Shown: positions 9,701 through 19,842, numbered from the stretch's first letter. The stretch is 64,000 bases of DNA from Candidatus Tenderia sp. (GCA_031416075.1 JANOSY010000045.1:48131-112130), one strand, 5' to 3'. Notes: a model not told the origin generated them from the sequence alone. Made by a program: numbers and translations.

Positions 9701-10984
9701 TTAACTCTTATCATCACTGATATCATAGCTGGCCCCAACGTCATGCGCCAGCCTGATATCTGGAAGAACAGCCCTCGTCTCACCCTTCACGCCATGCTGT
9801 ATCTCAACATGCCGGGTTCCCGCCGCAACGCGCGGAAAAAGAATGGCCATAAGAAACAGCAAGGAAGTTGGATTTCCAAAATTAAGCAGATATCGTTCGA
9901 ATAGCGCCAGCACCATATATCCCATGGCCAGCCCGAGTAGCACGGCCTGCACCCGCAGCCACTGTTCATCACCCTGCCTACGCAGTAAATTCACTATCCC
10001 GGCAACAATCAAGGCCATGACACAGACAAACCCCATGAATCCTATTTCTGCGAGAGTGGCAAGATAACCGTTGTGAGCCGAGGTGTTGGTTTTGAGCAGC
10101 CCCTCATGGGCGCGTAGTCCGACTCCTGTCAACGGGTGGTCCAAGGCGAGATCCCAGACCTCCTCCCAAGTTTGCACCCGCCCTGCCGCGCCCGACTGAA
10201 TCCCTCTGTGTTTATCATTGATCGCGAAGTATTGATCAACATGCTTGGCTGCCTCCGGCACCGCCAACACCAGTGCCGAGACCGTGCCTGCCAGAATGAC
10301 TGACGCCAGCACCATTTGTACTGCCCCTTTCCTGCCTTGCAGCAAAACAAATACTATCGTGAACGCCATGAGCACCGCGACCGCAGATGAACGCGATCCG
10401 GTCAGATAAATAATTACAGCGCCGGGGGCAATCAGCGCATAGCGCATCGGGCGATTGGAAAATATACATGCAGCCACCACCACGGACATCGTGACCAACG
10501 AAATTGCATTCGGATTGAGAGGCCCCTTTAGTTGACCGAGACGTGCCCCTGGCACATAGCTGTACCACGCCAGACCGATCAGCAGCGGCAGCATGGCAAG
10601 AACGTAGATACGCAGACCTTTCGCATATGCGTCAGCATCCAGGCGCGCGGAAAAATTGACCGCGATGTAGATTCCGGCAAGATTCAAAACCCAGTAACCC
10701 AGCGACGTATAGATAGCTGGACTCACAAATACCGATATGCCGCTGAACACGACAATCCCGCCAATCATCGTAATGCGCAAGGGGGTGTTCCTGTTGACAA
10801 CCCTTGTCTGCCCCAAAAGCAGAAAGTAGATAAGCGGCCATGAGAGCGCCAATCCAAGCGCAATGAGCGGGGCAAGCGACGGCGACTCTTCACGGCTGAT
10901 CAGACTTGCGGCAAACAACCCCGCCAGCCAGCACCCAAAAATCGTGGCGATACCTCTTGGCGCCCTTGTCACGACCTCATTCAC
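9701..10984 (-). CDS. O-antigen ligase/Wzy-family polymerase
   Basis: Multi-TM; NPNAIS, TGSRSS, GRVQTW, PLTGVG, SAHNGYL. Confidence 0.85.
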   Translation of the reverse strand: MNEVVTRAPRGIATIFGCWLAGLFAASLISREESPSLAPLIALGLALSWPLIYFLLLGQTRVVNRNTPLRITMIGGIVVFSGISVFVSPAIYTSLGYWVLNLAGIYIAVNFSARLDADAYAKGLRIYVLAMLPLLIGLAWYSYVPGARLGQLKGPLNPNAISLVTMSVVVAACIFSNRPMRYALIAPGAVIIYLTGSRSSAVAVLMAFTIVFVLLQGRKGAVQMVLASVILAGTVSALVLAVPEAAKHVDQYFAINDKHRGIQSGAAGRVQTWEEVWDLALDHPLTGVGLRAHEGLLKTNTSAHNGYLATLAEIGFMGFVCVMALIVAGIVNLLRRQGDEQWLRVQAVLLGLAMGYMVLALFERYLLNFGNPTSLLFLMAILFPRVAAGTRHVEIQHGVKGETRAVLPDIRLAHDVGASYDISDDKS

Positions 10985-12326
10985 GGCGCAGCTTCCATAC
11001 CAATACGGAAATCATCAATAACGTGGCAACAGCCGATGCAACCACAATGGATGCCGCGAGTCCAACAACCCCGTAAACCGGAGCCACTAGCCATGCCAAC
11101 GCCAGCAACACAACCACGCTTACAAGATTTCCGATCACCGGCGTTACATAATCGGCAATCGAATAAAACCCGTACATTACAAGACGTGTAATGGCAATGA
11201 ATGGAAGGCTTGCGCACAACACCGCCAGTATCTCGCCAGTTTTCTCCGCCGCCTGGACTGAAAACGCCCCGCCGACAAAGACGAGAGCGATCAGTTCCTG
11301 GGAAAACAGTGCGAGAAGCGTTGCCACAACGGTAGAAAACACCAGCAACAGTGCCGCATATTTCAGCAGCAATCGCGCGCCAGCCGCGCGGTCCGTGGAA
11401 AGGATTTCGGCCAGTTTCGGATATACAACGGTGAGCAACGGCATCACAACCAGCGCCAATGGCACCAGCATGAACGAGGAGGCGTAGTAAAAAGCGGATA
11501 TGGTGCCTGTTTCGAAATGTGACGCGATACTGCGCTGCGCCAATCCATAAACCTGAAATAACAGCTCGCCCGCCAGAACAATGATCACCGCCACCCAGAA
11601 TGGCCGGAGAATCTGGGGACTCATCCCTCGCCAGGAGAGGCGCAACACACCCTTTTTCACCAACAAAAAGGCATACCACGCCAACAGCACGGCATTTCCG
11701 GTGATGATCCCTATTACAAGCGCATATATCCCTACCGAGCGGGAGAAGAGCACCATCGACAGGATACTGGATAGTGAGATAACCGCTCCGCCGATGATCC
11801 CAGGCATGAATATCCGCTGGGTGTTAAGAACGCCGCGCAGCAAACCGGCGACGCTCGAAAACAGTATTCCGATGACAAGCCCCTGCATGATTCTCATGGC
11901 GGTTCCAGAGTGGGATTCGCTCAAATCAGGAAACAGCAGCCTGAAGCCATCATCAAAAAAGGCGATCACGATTGCAACCGCAACGGTCATCATAAGCGCC
12001 ACTTGAGCTATAACCAAGGCTACTAACTTCCGGCGGTCATCAATATCGGGGATGCGTTCCCATTTGCTGATGACCGTCATTTCCAGTGTATTGCCGACCT
12101 GCAACCCCAGAAACATGTAAATTCCGAATACAGCAATGAAAACGTCCAGCTCCTGGCTGACACCAAATTGACGTGCCACAAAGATTTCGCGCAGGAATCC
12201 GAATACCAGAACTATCCCGCTAAGAAACGAAAGCCACGAGAGAGATCTGAGTCGCCTTAACAGCGTGCTAAAGCCTGGGTTCTTTATCACGTCAACCGCA
12301 CTCAATTGAGGATTCGATGAGATCAC
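10977..12326 (-). CDS. MurJ/MviN-like (MOP) flippase
   Basis: GFLREIFVARQFG...D, about 12 TM, YPKLAE, GGAFS typical of MurJ-like exporters. Confidence 0.8.
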   Translation of the reverse strand: MISSNPQLSAVDVIKNPGFSTLLRRLRSLSWLSFLSGIVLVFGFLREIFVARQFGVSQELDVFIAVFGIYMFLGLQVGNTLEMTVISKWERIPDIDDRRKLVALVIAQVALMMTVAVAIVIAFFDDGFRLLFPDLSESHSGTAMRIMQGLVIGILFSSVAGLLRGVLNTQRIFMPGIIGGAVISLSSILSMVLFSRSVGIYALVIGIITGNAVLLAWYAFLLVKKGVLRLSWRGMSPQILRPFWVAVIIVLAGELLFQVYGLAQRSIASHFETGTISAFYYASSFMLVPLALVVMPLLTVVYPKLAEILSTDRAAGARLLLKYAALLLVFSTVVATLLALFSQELIALVFVGGAFSVQAAEKTGEILAVLCASLPFIAITRLVMYGFYSIADYVTPVIGNLVSVVVLLALAWLVAPVYGVVGLAASIVVASAVATLLMISVLVWKLRRE

Positions 12327-12354
12327 ATTTCTGTCTCACACCAATATTCATTAC

Positions 12355-14283
12355 TCATGATTCACTCATCTGTCGGCACCAGTTCTCAAGGACCAGCGTC
12401 TTGCCGGCAACCAGTGCCGGCAACCCCATGGGATTGGGATTTAGCCGCTGGCGCTCACGCCTTGCGGCTTCAGGAGTTATAACGCCATGCTGCACCAGAT
12501 AGCCGTCCAGCAGCTGATCTCCGTAAGCATCCGAAAGCGCCTTGTTCCAGGGACGCCACGGTGGAGAGAAGCCGCGCTTGCGCCTTGCCATGACAAAATC
12601 GGGAACGATGCCTTGCACCGCCTCCCTCAGCCATTTTTTAGGATGCGCGCTGGCCATGCCAGGGTGCACCTTGCTCAATCCAACGACCGTTTCCACAAAC
12701 CTGTAATCCACAAAAGGCAGGCGCAACTCCACTGACGCGGCCATGCTCAGGCGGTCACCTTGAGCAATCCCGTTTTCCATGAGATAGGTTTCACAAATCA
12801 GGCGCATCAACATCACTTCCGGCAACGAATCCGGATCTGAACTGACAAACCCGGAGGTGAGATCATCCTCCAGCATTTGCTCCGAGAAACGGCGTGTATA
12901 CAACCCGCGATGAACCTTTTGTTCGGCATCGCGGAAGCCATGCTCGCTCTCATAAAACACTGCGCGCCCGGCGGCGGAGGTCAGATCCGATTCATATTGT
13001 TGCCATCCAGTGCGTAAGCCGCCCAGCGTTCCCAGCCATTGCAGACCAAGGGTGTATGAGAAAGGCGGTGGAGTGGGTTTCAGGTAATCGAACATCCCTA
13101 TCTTCCCGCCATTACGTAAAACCCACTTGCGCCGGGTGGCAGCCAACGCCTCCCGCACCCAGCGATAGCCCCAGAAGAGTTCATCACCCCCCTGCCCCAT
13201 TAGCATTACCGGAACACCCTGCTCACGGGCGGCCTGCATTACAGCGTAGTACCCAACACCGGCGATATCGGCGATGGGATCATCACGGAAATAGTTGACC
13301 TTCTGGAATTGCGTCACCAGATCAGCAGTCGACAACTCGATTTCATGAAATGGCATATTCAGGTGTTTGGCGAGTTCACGTGCCTGACTGCGCTCATCCT
13401 GCAATGGCGACCCTGCATAACCCACCGTGAATGCCTGCATCGTGCCTGGATATTTTCTAGCCGCCAACGTAGCGACGATGCTGGAATCGAGGCCGCCGCT
13501 GAGCGCCACTCCGATGGGCACATCCGAACGGATGATAAGGTCGCTGATGCGATCAAGCTCCTCCCTGATCGCGGTGACCGGATCAGTTTCGATGGGTGGA
13601 GCATCTTCGATACGCCAGTAAGGACGCTCATGAAATTGCCAGCTATCCAGATCAATGCTGAGAAGGTGGGCAGCAGGCAGCTTCCGCACGCCACGCAATG
13701 CGGTTCTAGGCTCGGGAATGTAGCCGTAATGGTAATAGAGATTTACAGAATGCGGATCGAGTTCAAAAGGCACGACGCCAACACGCACCAGCGCCTTAAG
13801 CTCAGAGGCGAATACTAGCTGTCCATCGCTACTTGCGATGTAGAGAGGTTTTTCCCCCATTCGATCCCGTGCAATCAGTAAACGACGTCTCTTGGTATCC
13901 CACAGCGCGAAGGCGTACATCCCGCGCAGGTGGACCACGCATTGATCGCCATACTCCTCGTAGAGATGCAGGATGGTCTCGCAGTCGCTACCCGTAGCGA
14001 ACCTGTGCCCCGATGCCTCAAGGCGCTGGCGCAACTCGATGAAATTGTATATCTCGCCATTCGCTACCAGAACCAGACTACGATCTTCGTTATAAAGAGG
14101 CTGCCATCCGGTCGTCAAATCAATGATGCTGAGCCGCCGCATTGCCAGGGCAACATGGTGATCATGATAATGCCCTTCGCCGTCCGGACCCCGGTGATAT
14201 AACAACCCATTTAACCGTCCCAGCATCTCGATATGCCCAGACTGAAGTGCATCTCTTGTGATAATTCCAGCAATTCCGCACAT
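12355..14283 (-). CDS. asnB: Asparagine synthase-like glutamine amidotransferase (polysaccharide-associated)
   Basis: MCGIAG, HRGPD, RRLSIID, NGEIYN, LSGGLDSS, GGDELF, DRLSMAASVELRLPF. Confidence 0.92.
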   Translation of the reverse strand: MCGIAGIITRDALQSGHIEMLGRLNGLLYHRGPDGEGHYHDHHVALAMRRLSIIDLTTGWQPLYNEDRSLVLVANGEIYNFIELRQRLEASGHRFATGSDCETILHLYEEYGDQCVVHLRGMYAFALWDTKRRRLLIARDRMGEKPLYIASSDGQLVFASELKALVRVGVVPFELDPHSVNLYYHYGYIPEPRTALRGVRKLPAAHLLSIDLDSWQFHERPYWRIEDAPPIETDPVTAIREELDRISDLIIRSDVPIGVALSGGLDSSIVATLAARKYPGTMQAFTVGYAGSPLQDERSQARELAKHLNMPFHEIELSTADLVTQFQKVNYFRDDPIADIAGVGYYAVMQAAREQGVPVMLMGQGGDELFWGYRWVREALAATRRKWVLRNGGKIGMFDYLKPTPPPFSYTLGLQWLGTLGGLRTGWQQYESDLTSAAGRAVFYESEHGFRDAEQKVHRGLYTRRFSEQMLEDDLTSGFVSSDPDSLPEVMLMRLICETYLMENGIAQGDRLSMAASVELRLPFVDYRFVETVVGLSKVHPGMASAHPKKWLREAVQGIVPDFVMARRKRGFSPPWRPWNKALSDAYGDQLLDGYLVQHGVITPEAARRERQRLNPNPMGLPALVAGKTLVLENWCRQMSES

Positions 14284-14361
14284 TGTATTTAAAACCGCCT
14301 AGTAATGCTGCTATCAACCGCAATGGTGCTTGAAGAAACAAACGCCATCTTGACGTAAATT

Positions 14362-15135
14362 TTACAAATCCATATTTTGCGAATGATTTAATACAGTACC
14401 TATCACATTTACACTCTTGAGCATCTCCATCGCCCGCTGCAGATCGGCCTTGCGCGTTTTACCTTCACGGGCGACCAGCAGCGCTGCATCTATATAAGGT
14501 GAAAATGCCAGCAGATCATCCCTGACCAGAAGTGGCGGCAGATCGAATATCACCAGACGCTCTGGATAGCGCGCCTTCAGCTCCTCGGCCAGCTTCTGCA
14601 TCGGCGGGGAGCTGAGCAGTTCGGAAGAGCTGGAAAATGAGTTGCGGCAGGGAAGTACTACCAGGCGTTCGATCCCTGGGTTGAACAACGCCTCCTGCAC
14701 AGGAACATTATCCAGCAGACAGTCATCAATACCGATTGCTGGATTAAAACCGAGGTAGTTGGCCACGCTGGGGCGCCTCATGTCGAGGTCGACAAGCAGC
14801 ACTGTATGATTGACATCACGCGCCAGACTGATGGCGAGATTGATTGCGGTCAGTGTCCTGCCCTCGCCCTCCCTTGGACTGGTAATCGCCAATGACTTCC
14901 AGTTGTTTTCCCGCATACGATGCAGGATCTGGGTACGGAGCAGCTTGTATGCCGCTGTTTTTTCATCTATGCCGCCAGCGTGGATTACTTTGTTCTTTTC
15001 CAGAACAGCACTATCAAGCTCCACAACACGGGTTTTTGAATAGAGTATGCTCATGCCCTGTTCCGACATGCTGCTATTGAATCGCTCGTCGCGCCAGCCA
15101 TTGTCACTGCTATTATTAACCGCCAGATTTTTCAT
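14362..15135 (-). CDS. CpsD/CapB-family BY-kinase domain protein (stand-alone Wzc C-domain) with Walker A K->R
   Basis: AYKLLRT, ITSPREGEGRT, VDLDMRRP, IFDLPP; no C-terminal Tyr cluster. Confidence 0.85.
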   Translation of the reverse strand: MKNLAVNNSSDNGWRDERFNSSMSEQGMSILYSKTRVVELDSAVLEKNKVIHAGGIDEKTAAYKLLRTQILHRMRENNWKSLAITSPREGEGRTLTAINLAISLARDVNHTVLLVDLDMRRPSVANYLGFNPAIGIDDCLLDNVPVQEALFNPGIERLVVLPCRNSFSSSSELLSSPPMQKLAEELKARYPERLVIFDLPPLLVRDDLLAFSPYIDAALLVAREGKTRKADLQRAMEMLKSVNVIGTVLNHSQNMDL

Positions 15136-15145
15136 ATAAAATCCT

Positions 15146-16897
15146 CTATGCCATTCCAATTCTGCGTTGAATCACGTACCACAACAGATCCAACGGCATA
15201 TAGAGCAGATGAATGGCGACAAGCCCGAGCACAATCATCGCAACAACCGCCAGCGCCAACTGTTGTTTGCGGCGTGTACGCTTGCCGATCTCTGCTACCG
15301 TTTCAATACAGGGAATGGCCACCAGCGGCCTCATTCCCGTTGCTACTGCCAACGCGCCGTTACCGTAGATGGCGGTATCGACACCACCGCTGATTACCGC
15401 CGCGCCAACTCCACCGGCAAATGCAAACACCATCCCCAGCACCATGATCGCCAACCGGTTGGGTTTGAGTGGTTTTTCCGGCATCTCAGGCGGCTCTACC
15501 AGCGTGAAGCGTTCGCCCTTCCTCTCACTCTCCATCACCTGTGCCAGCTGGGCCCCAGTCTGTTTTGCCTTCAGCTCTTTGTAACTTGCCGACGAATTTT
15601 CATAATCACGCAGCAGTTCGCGATATTCGCGCTCGACCTGGGGCATCTGTGTCATGTGCCGTTCGTACTCGGCGAGTTTGATACGTAGCGCTGCCTCTCT
15701 CCTCTCCGCCACTTCAAGCTCCACATTCGCACTTTCCAGTTGCGTCTGGAGCTGGATATAGGCTGGATTACTCGACTTGCCCTTGTTCGCATCATCTGGC
15801 ACCACCACACCGGCCGCCTCTTTCAGCGCCTTGTTGAGCTGGACCAGTTCACTCTCCAGACGTCTTGTTTCAGGATGGTTTGAGGCATATTTCTCTCTGG
15901 CCTCGCTCAGCTGCTCTGAAACCATTGCCTGTTTCCGCAGCAGCTCGTCGCTCGTGTCTACCACTCCAACATCCTTCTTGAGAGAGTCGATCTCTTTGCG
16001 GATACGCACCAGATCGGGGTGCTGTTCGCCATACACCGCAACCATACCCAGATATTTAATCTGGAGTTGTTTGAGCCGGTCTGCCGGTCCCAGGATGCGT
16101 TCACCGTTCTCGGTATAAACATAGGGGTCTCGTGAGATCTGAGCCAGCTGCGATTCCAGATAGGACTTGCGCTCACGCAGTGTTCTCAGCACCATCTGCA
16201 CATCGATCAGATCGCGCTCGGTCCTGTCCATCAGCTGAAAGTTGACCTGGGCAAGATCGGGCAACTGATTGGCATTGCGCTCTTTGAACTGCGCCAGCTT
16301 GTTTTCAATATCTGAAATATGTTCCATGAGTTTATTGACCTCATCGGTCATAAATCCGGATGCCTCGGTTGTAGACTCAGCCCGGCTCTTCAGATTCTCG
16401 TTGAGATAGAGTGATACCAGCTCATTCGCCACCTTCTGTGCCAAAACCGGAGATGAGCTGTCATATGAGACTGTAAATGCAATGGTCGCCTGGGTTGGCT
16501 GACCATTCCTGGGGTCAACCACATCCGCGCTCACCGTCCCCATCTTGATGCTGTCACGCATCTCCTCCAGCACCACCTCCATCGGCTCATCCTCGCGCTC
16601 TTCCGGATAGAGGTTGTACTTTTCAACAATAGTGGTGAGATTTGCCCGTGTCATGACACGTTGGCTGATCACATGGATACGCTGATCGGCAAATGAGGTG
16701 ATCGTCGAGCGCACCATCTCCTGCGGCATCTCCTGCTGCTCGATCAGGATCGTGCCGGTTGAGCGATAGAGTGGCGGCAAGCCGATGGCGATAGCGAATG
16801 ACAACACAGCAATCGTGACTGCGATCACCACCATGCGGGTGCGATAACGGCGCAGCATCGCCAAGTAATGACTTAAATTTTTTTCTTGAGATTCCAT
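15146..16897 (-). CDS. Polysaccharide co-polymerase (GumC/Wzc-N, chain-length determinant)
   Basis: N-terminal TM, PPLYRSTGTILIE, long coiled coil, HPD motif, PEKPLKPNR followed by TM. Confidence 0.9.
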   Translation of the reverse strand: MESQEKNLSHYLAMLRRYRTRMVVIAVTIAVLSFAIAIGLPPLYRSTGTILIEQQEMPQEMVRSTITSFADQRIHVISQRVMTRANLTTIVEKYNLYPEEREDEPMEVVLEEMRDSIKMGTVSADVVDPRNGQPTQATIAFTVSYDSSSPVLAQKVANELVSLYLNENLKSRAESTTEASGFMTDEVNKLMEHISDIENKLAQFKERNANQLPDLAQVNFQLMDRTERDLIDVQMVLRTLRERKSYLESQLAQISRDPYVYTENGERILGPADRLKQLQIKYLGMVAVYGEQHPDLVRIRKEIDSLKKDVGVVDTSDELLRKQAMVSEQLSEAREKYASNHPETRRLESELVQLNKALKEAAGVVVPDDANKGKSSNPAYIQLQTQLESANVELEVAERREAALRIKLAEYERHMTQMPQVEREYRELLRDYENSSASYKELKAKQTGAQLAQVMESERKGERFTLVEPPEMPEKPLKPNRLAIMVLGMVFAFAGGVGAAVISGGVDTAIYGNGALAVATGMRPLVAIPCIETVAEIGKRTRRKQQLALAVVAMIVLGLVAIHLLYMPLDLLWYVIQRRIGMA

Positions 16898-16910
16898 TTC
16901 AGATCACTTC

Positions 16911-18083
16911 TTAATTGCTTTCGGAACGATAGGCCAGTTGCACCATCACTGTTGTCGCACTGGCGTAGGAGATGTCGTTGTCATAACGCTGCCGGGCGTA
17001 GTCAACCCCACCCTCCAGGGTCCATTCTGGCAACCACTGCCACACCACACGCCAGTGCGCCACATCATAGTCACGATCAGGTAGTCCCCCGTACAGATCA
17101 TGGCCAGCTGTTGTCATCACATAACGGTTGGCCATGATGCTGGCGCTGGCCCACACATGCGCACTGATCTCATAAGCCGCAGAGAGAGCCAGCTGATCGG
17201 TTCTTACCAGCAAGCCGTAACCGCTGGGTTCGACTGTTCGACTGCCACGCACTCCCCAACGCACAGCCTCTGTCTCATAGCTCAAGTCCAGCGCCGCAAG
17301 CGATCCGCTTTTGGACTGCGTTCCAAAATCTCCAACACTGCTGGCACGGTGTCCACCCAGCGTCAGGCTGCCACGCAACGACTCCGCCAGCTCCCGCTCC
17401 AGCGCGCAGCGCAGCCCCGTATCCTCTGATGTCACCCTTGCGGTTCTCATCCTGGAGTGATCGACGCTACACCTCACCAGATCACGATCATCGAGTTCGT
17501 GGGAGATGGCCACATTGGCCTGGGCATACTCATATCCCACCAGCGGCGTCGACTCGGCATCCCGATAGTCCTGTTCTTTGTATTTCAGCCCGGTCATCAC
17601 ATTCATGGCGGGGGAGAGCTGCATGTTCAGGTATGGCGCCAGGGACCAGACGTGGCGTTGCTTGTTCACCCCCACATAACCGGTATCGAGAAACTCACTG
17701 GTCAGCGTGGTGTCCCGGGTGTAGTCACCCCTTACTCCAAAATTTCCACGCTCCATTGTCCGGCTGGCGCCAACGCCGACTGCATACTCATTGCGATCAA
17801 GCTCACTCCAGTTCGGATTGCGGATGAAGTGGAGCTGCGGCTCCAGGCTCAGCTCGGTCACTTCAGATGCCCCGATCAGCGGCAAACTCAAATCCAGCCG
17901 GTGCGTGGTCACAGTACGCTCAGGGTTCTGAATCAGATAGGGGTTGGTATTGTGTTGCGACTGCCACATCACTTCCGGCCCGGCACTCCACTCTGTGGCC
18001 GCTTGGGCACCACTCCCCGCCATTGCCGCCAATGTGCACAACACTACACATGCAGCCATGTTTACCCGCAACATTCCCCACAA
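16911..18083 (-). CDS. Outer-membrane beta-barrel protein of EPS export
   Basis: Signal peptide, alternating amphipathic strands, terminal VQLAYR; located between wza and the PCP gene. Confidence 0.7.
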   Translation of the reverse strand: MWGMLRVNMAACVVLCTLAAMAGSGAQAATEWSAGPEVMWQSQHNTNPYLIQNPERTVTTHRLDLSLPLIGASEVTELSLEPQLHFIRNPNWSELDRNEYAVGVGASRTMERGNFGVRGDYTRDTTLTSEFLDTGYVGVNKQRHVWSLAPYLNMQLSPAMNVMTGLKYKEQDYRDAESTPLVGYEYAQANVAISHELDDRDLVRCSVDHSRMRTARVTSEDTGLRCALERELAESLRGSLTLGGHRASSVGDFGTQSKSGSLAALDLSYETEAVRWGVRGSRTVEPSGYGLLVRTDQLALSAAYEISAHVWASASIMANRYVMTTAGHDLYGGLPDRDYDVAHWRVVWQWLPEWTLEGGVDYARQRYDNDISYASATTVMVQLAYRSESN

Positions 18084-18094
18084 GATTCAGAGTC

Positions 18095-18682
18095 TCACGG
18101 CACAACAACAACATCGCCTGGCTTTAGAACAATGTTCTGCTCAAGCTTATTACCCGCCTCGACCTGACTGTAATCGAAAGAAATTGCCTGCTGATTCTCA
18201 CCAGAGCGGCGTAATATTCTTACATTACCTGCATCCGCAAACTTGGCGATACCCGCTGCCATGCTCAACGCCTGCATCACATCGACATTACGGTTCAACA
18301 CATACTCACCAGGCCGGTTAACCTTGCCGATGACATAGATCTTGTTACCCAGAGACTGCTTGACCATCACCGTCACATCCGCATCTGGCACAAACTTCTG
18401 GATGCGGGCAACGATTTCACTGCGCAACAGCTCGATGCCCTTGCCATCGACAATGATCTCACCCAGAAGCGGCATGGCAATGCGGCCATCCGGAGTCACC
18501 ACCACCTCTGCTTGCAGATCAGGCTCACGCCACACGGAGATTTGCAGCACATCACCGGGCTGGATCAGATAGCCCGAGGATACTTGCGGCGAATCAGTCA
18601 CCTCCACCTCCCCAGCTGATGCCGGAGGTACGGGGATGGATGCAATCAAGATGAAAACAGCAACAACCAGATTAAAATTCAC
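18095..18682 (-). CDS. wza: Short polysaccharide export (OPX/Wza-like) protein
   Basis: YLIQPGDVLQISVW, VTPDGRIAMPLLG (PES motif), one SLBB domain, ends LKPGDVVVVP with no OM helix. Confidence 0.9.
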   Translation of the reverse strand: MNFNLVVAVFILIASIPVPPASAGEVEVTDSPQVSSGYLIQPGDVLQISVWREPDLQAEVVVTPDGRIAMPLLGEIIVDGKGIELLRSEIVARIQKFVPDADVTVMVKQSLGNKIYVIGKVNRPGEYVLNRNVDVMQALSMAAGIAKFADAGNVRILRRSGENQQAISFDYSQVEAGNKLEQNIVLKPGDVVVVP

Positions 18683-18732
18683 AACAACTCCAGAACCCCC
18701 ATTAATGGGGAATTACATTTGTAATACGCACA

Positions 18733-18766
18733 AGCATAACGTTCCAAGATGACCCTTTTGTGACAC
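18733..18766 (-). promoter_or_regulatory. Pho-box-like tandem repeat plus -10, main EPS operon promoter
   Basis: Minus strand GTGTCAC-AAAA-GGGTCAT-N10-TATGCT; palindrome ATTACA-TT-TGTAAT immediately downstream (18712-18725). Confidence 0.65.
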
Positions 18767-18767
18767 C

Positions 18768-19265
18768 CTACGTCATTGCCCCCTCAACCCTTCCTGATCG
18801 CCGCATAAATGCCGTCAGAGAGAGCAGCGCCGTTCCCAGCAACCACCCTGCTGCGGGCAGTGGCACCGGCGCCGGGGCAATCAATTGGCTGACCTGAATA
18901 CCATACAGCCCCAACCCCAGCACACCACTTGTCTCACCAAACAGCGCGGCGTAGTAGATCCCTGGGGTGGCGTCAAAAACCAGCTCCCCGGGAGAATCAA
19001 GCCGTGCGACTTCACGCAAACTGGCGGATGAACCACCGACAATAATCAACTCCAGACTTTTAAAACTCTCCGGAAAGGTGAAGTCCACCAGTTTGACCTG
19101 GTACTTGCCTGCGCTGGAGATGGTGAACGGATCAGGCTTTTTATGACTCTCCTGAGCTGTAATAAACCCAACATCCTCATACACCACCATTGCCGCCTGA
19201 GCGGTCCCAATCCCCATCCACAACAGCAGAGTTACCACCACTGCCCTAGCCATCTTGTTATTCAT
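18768..19265 (-). CDS. VPLPA-CTERM sorting domain protein
   Basis: Signal peptide; C-terminal PVPLPAAGWLLGTALLSLTAFMRR; start at MNNKM after AGGAG. Confidence 0.88.
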   Translation of the reverse strand: MNNKMARAVVVTLLLWMGIGTAQAAMVVYEDVGFITAQESHKKPDPFTISSAGKYQVKLVDFTFPESFKSLELIIVGGSSASLREVARLDSPGELVFDATPGIYYAALFGETSGVLGLGLYGIQVSQLIAPAPVPLPAAGWLLGTALLSLTAFMRRSGRVEGAMT

Positions 19266-19306
19266 ATATACGCTCCTGACCAATGTCATAAAACCAAAAA
19301 CGACCC

Positions 19307-19804
19307 TTACTCCGTACCTGAAACCGGCAGTAACCGCTTCTCTCCTGCCGCACCTTCACCACTCTCATGACGCATATATTTGTCATACATGTATTCACGC
19401 AGAACGCCTTGCAGACCCAAGGCATCATCATGCCCCTCCGCCAGCTCCTTCAGACGCAGGTAGGCATAACGATCCTGCCCGCCTGCCAGCGTCACCAGTT
19501 CGACATCACTGCGCTCCACCCGCTGCCCCTCCTCTGCCCGATCATTGATAATCCGCTCCACCATCCCGGCATCAAGATCGAAATAGCTGACAAGCTCGGT
19601 GCCAAACTCCATGAACACTGGCAGCAGGTCACGCCCCACCACCGAATCGTCATGAAACATCCCCAAACGCCCGAGCGTGGCTCTGATGGCAAACCTGAAC
19701 ACATCCGACTCACGCACCCGCAACCGGCGCGCAATTGCCCGTACCTTGTGCAGATCGTTGATGCCGACCCGCAACGACACCATCTGTTTTTTGTTATCGA
19801 TCAT
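19307..19804 (-). CDS. Putative ribbon-helix-helix (CopG-like) DNA-binding protein
   Basis: KKQMVSLRVGINDLHKVRAIARRLRVRESDVFRFAIR fits strand-helix-helix pattern; start set at MIDNKK. Confidence 0.55.
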   Translation of the reverse strand: MIDNKKQMVSLRVGINDLHKVRAIARRLRVRESDVFRFAIRATLGRLGMFHDDSVVGRDLLPVFMEFGTELVSYFDLDAGMVERIINDRAEEGQRVERSDVELVTLAGGQDRYAYLRLKELAEGHDDALGLQGVLREYMYDKYMRHESGEGAAGEKRLLPVSGTE

Positions 19805-19842
19805 CTCGCCCCTTAACAGTTTGTATGTCATTGACAGGTGCA

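Noticed and set aside
14300-14368. Possible Pho-box pair upstream of asnB (TTGTAAA-ATTT-ACGTCAA, minus strand)
   Set aside because: Both halves deviate at the last base and no -10 follows at N10; not counted.
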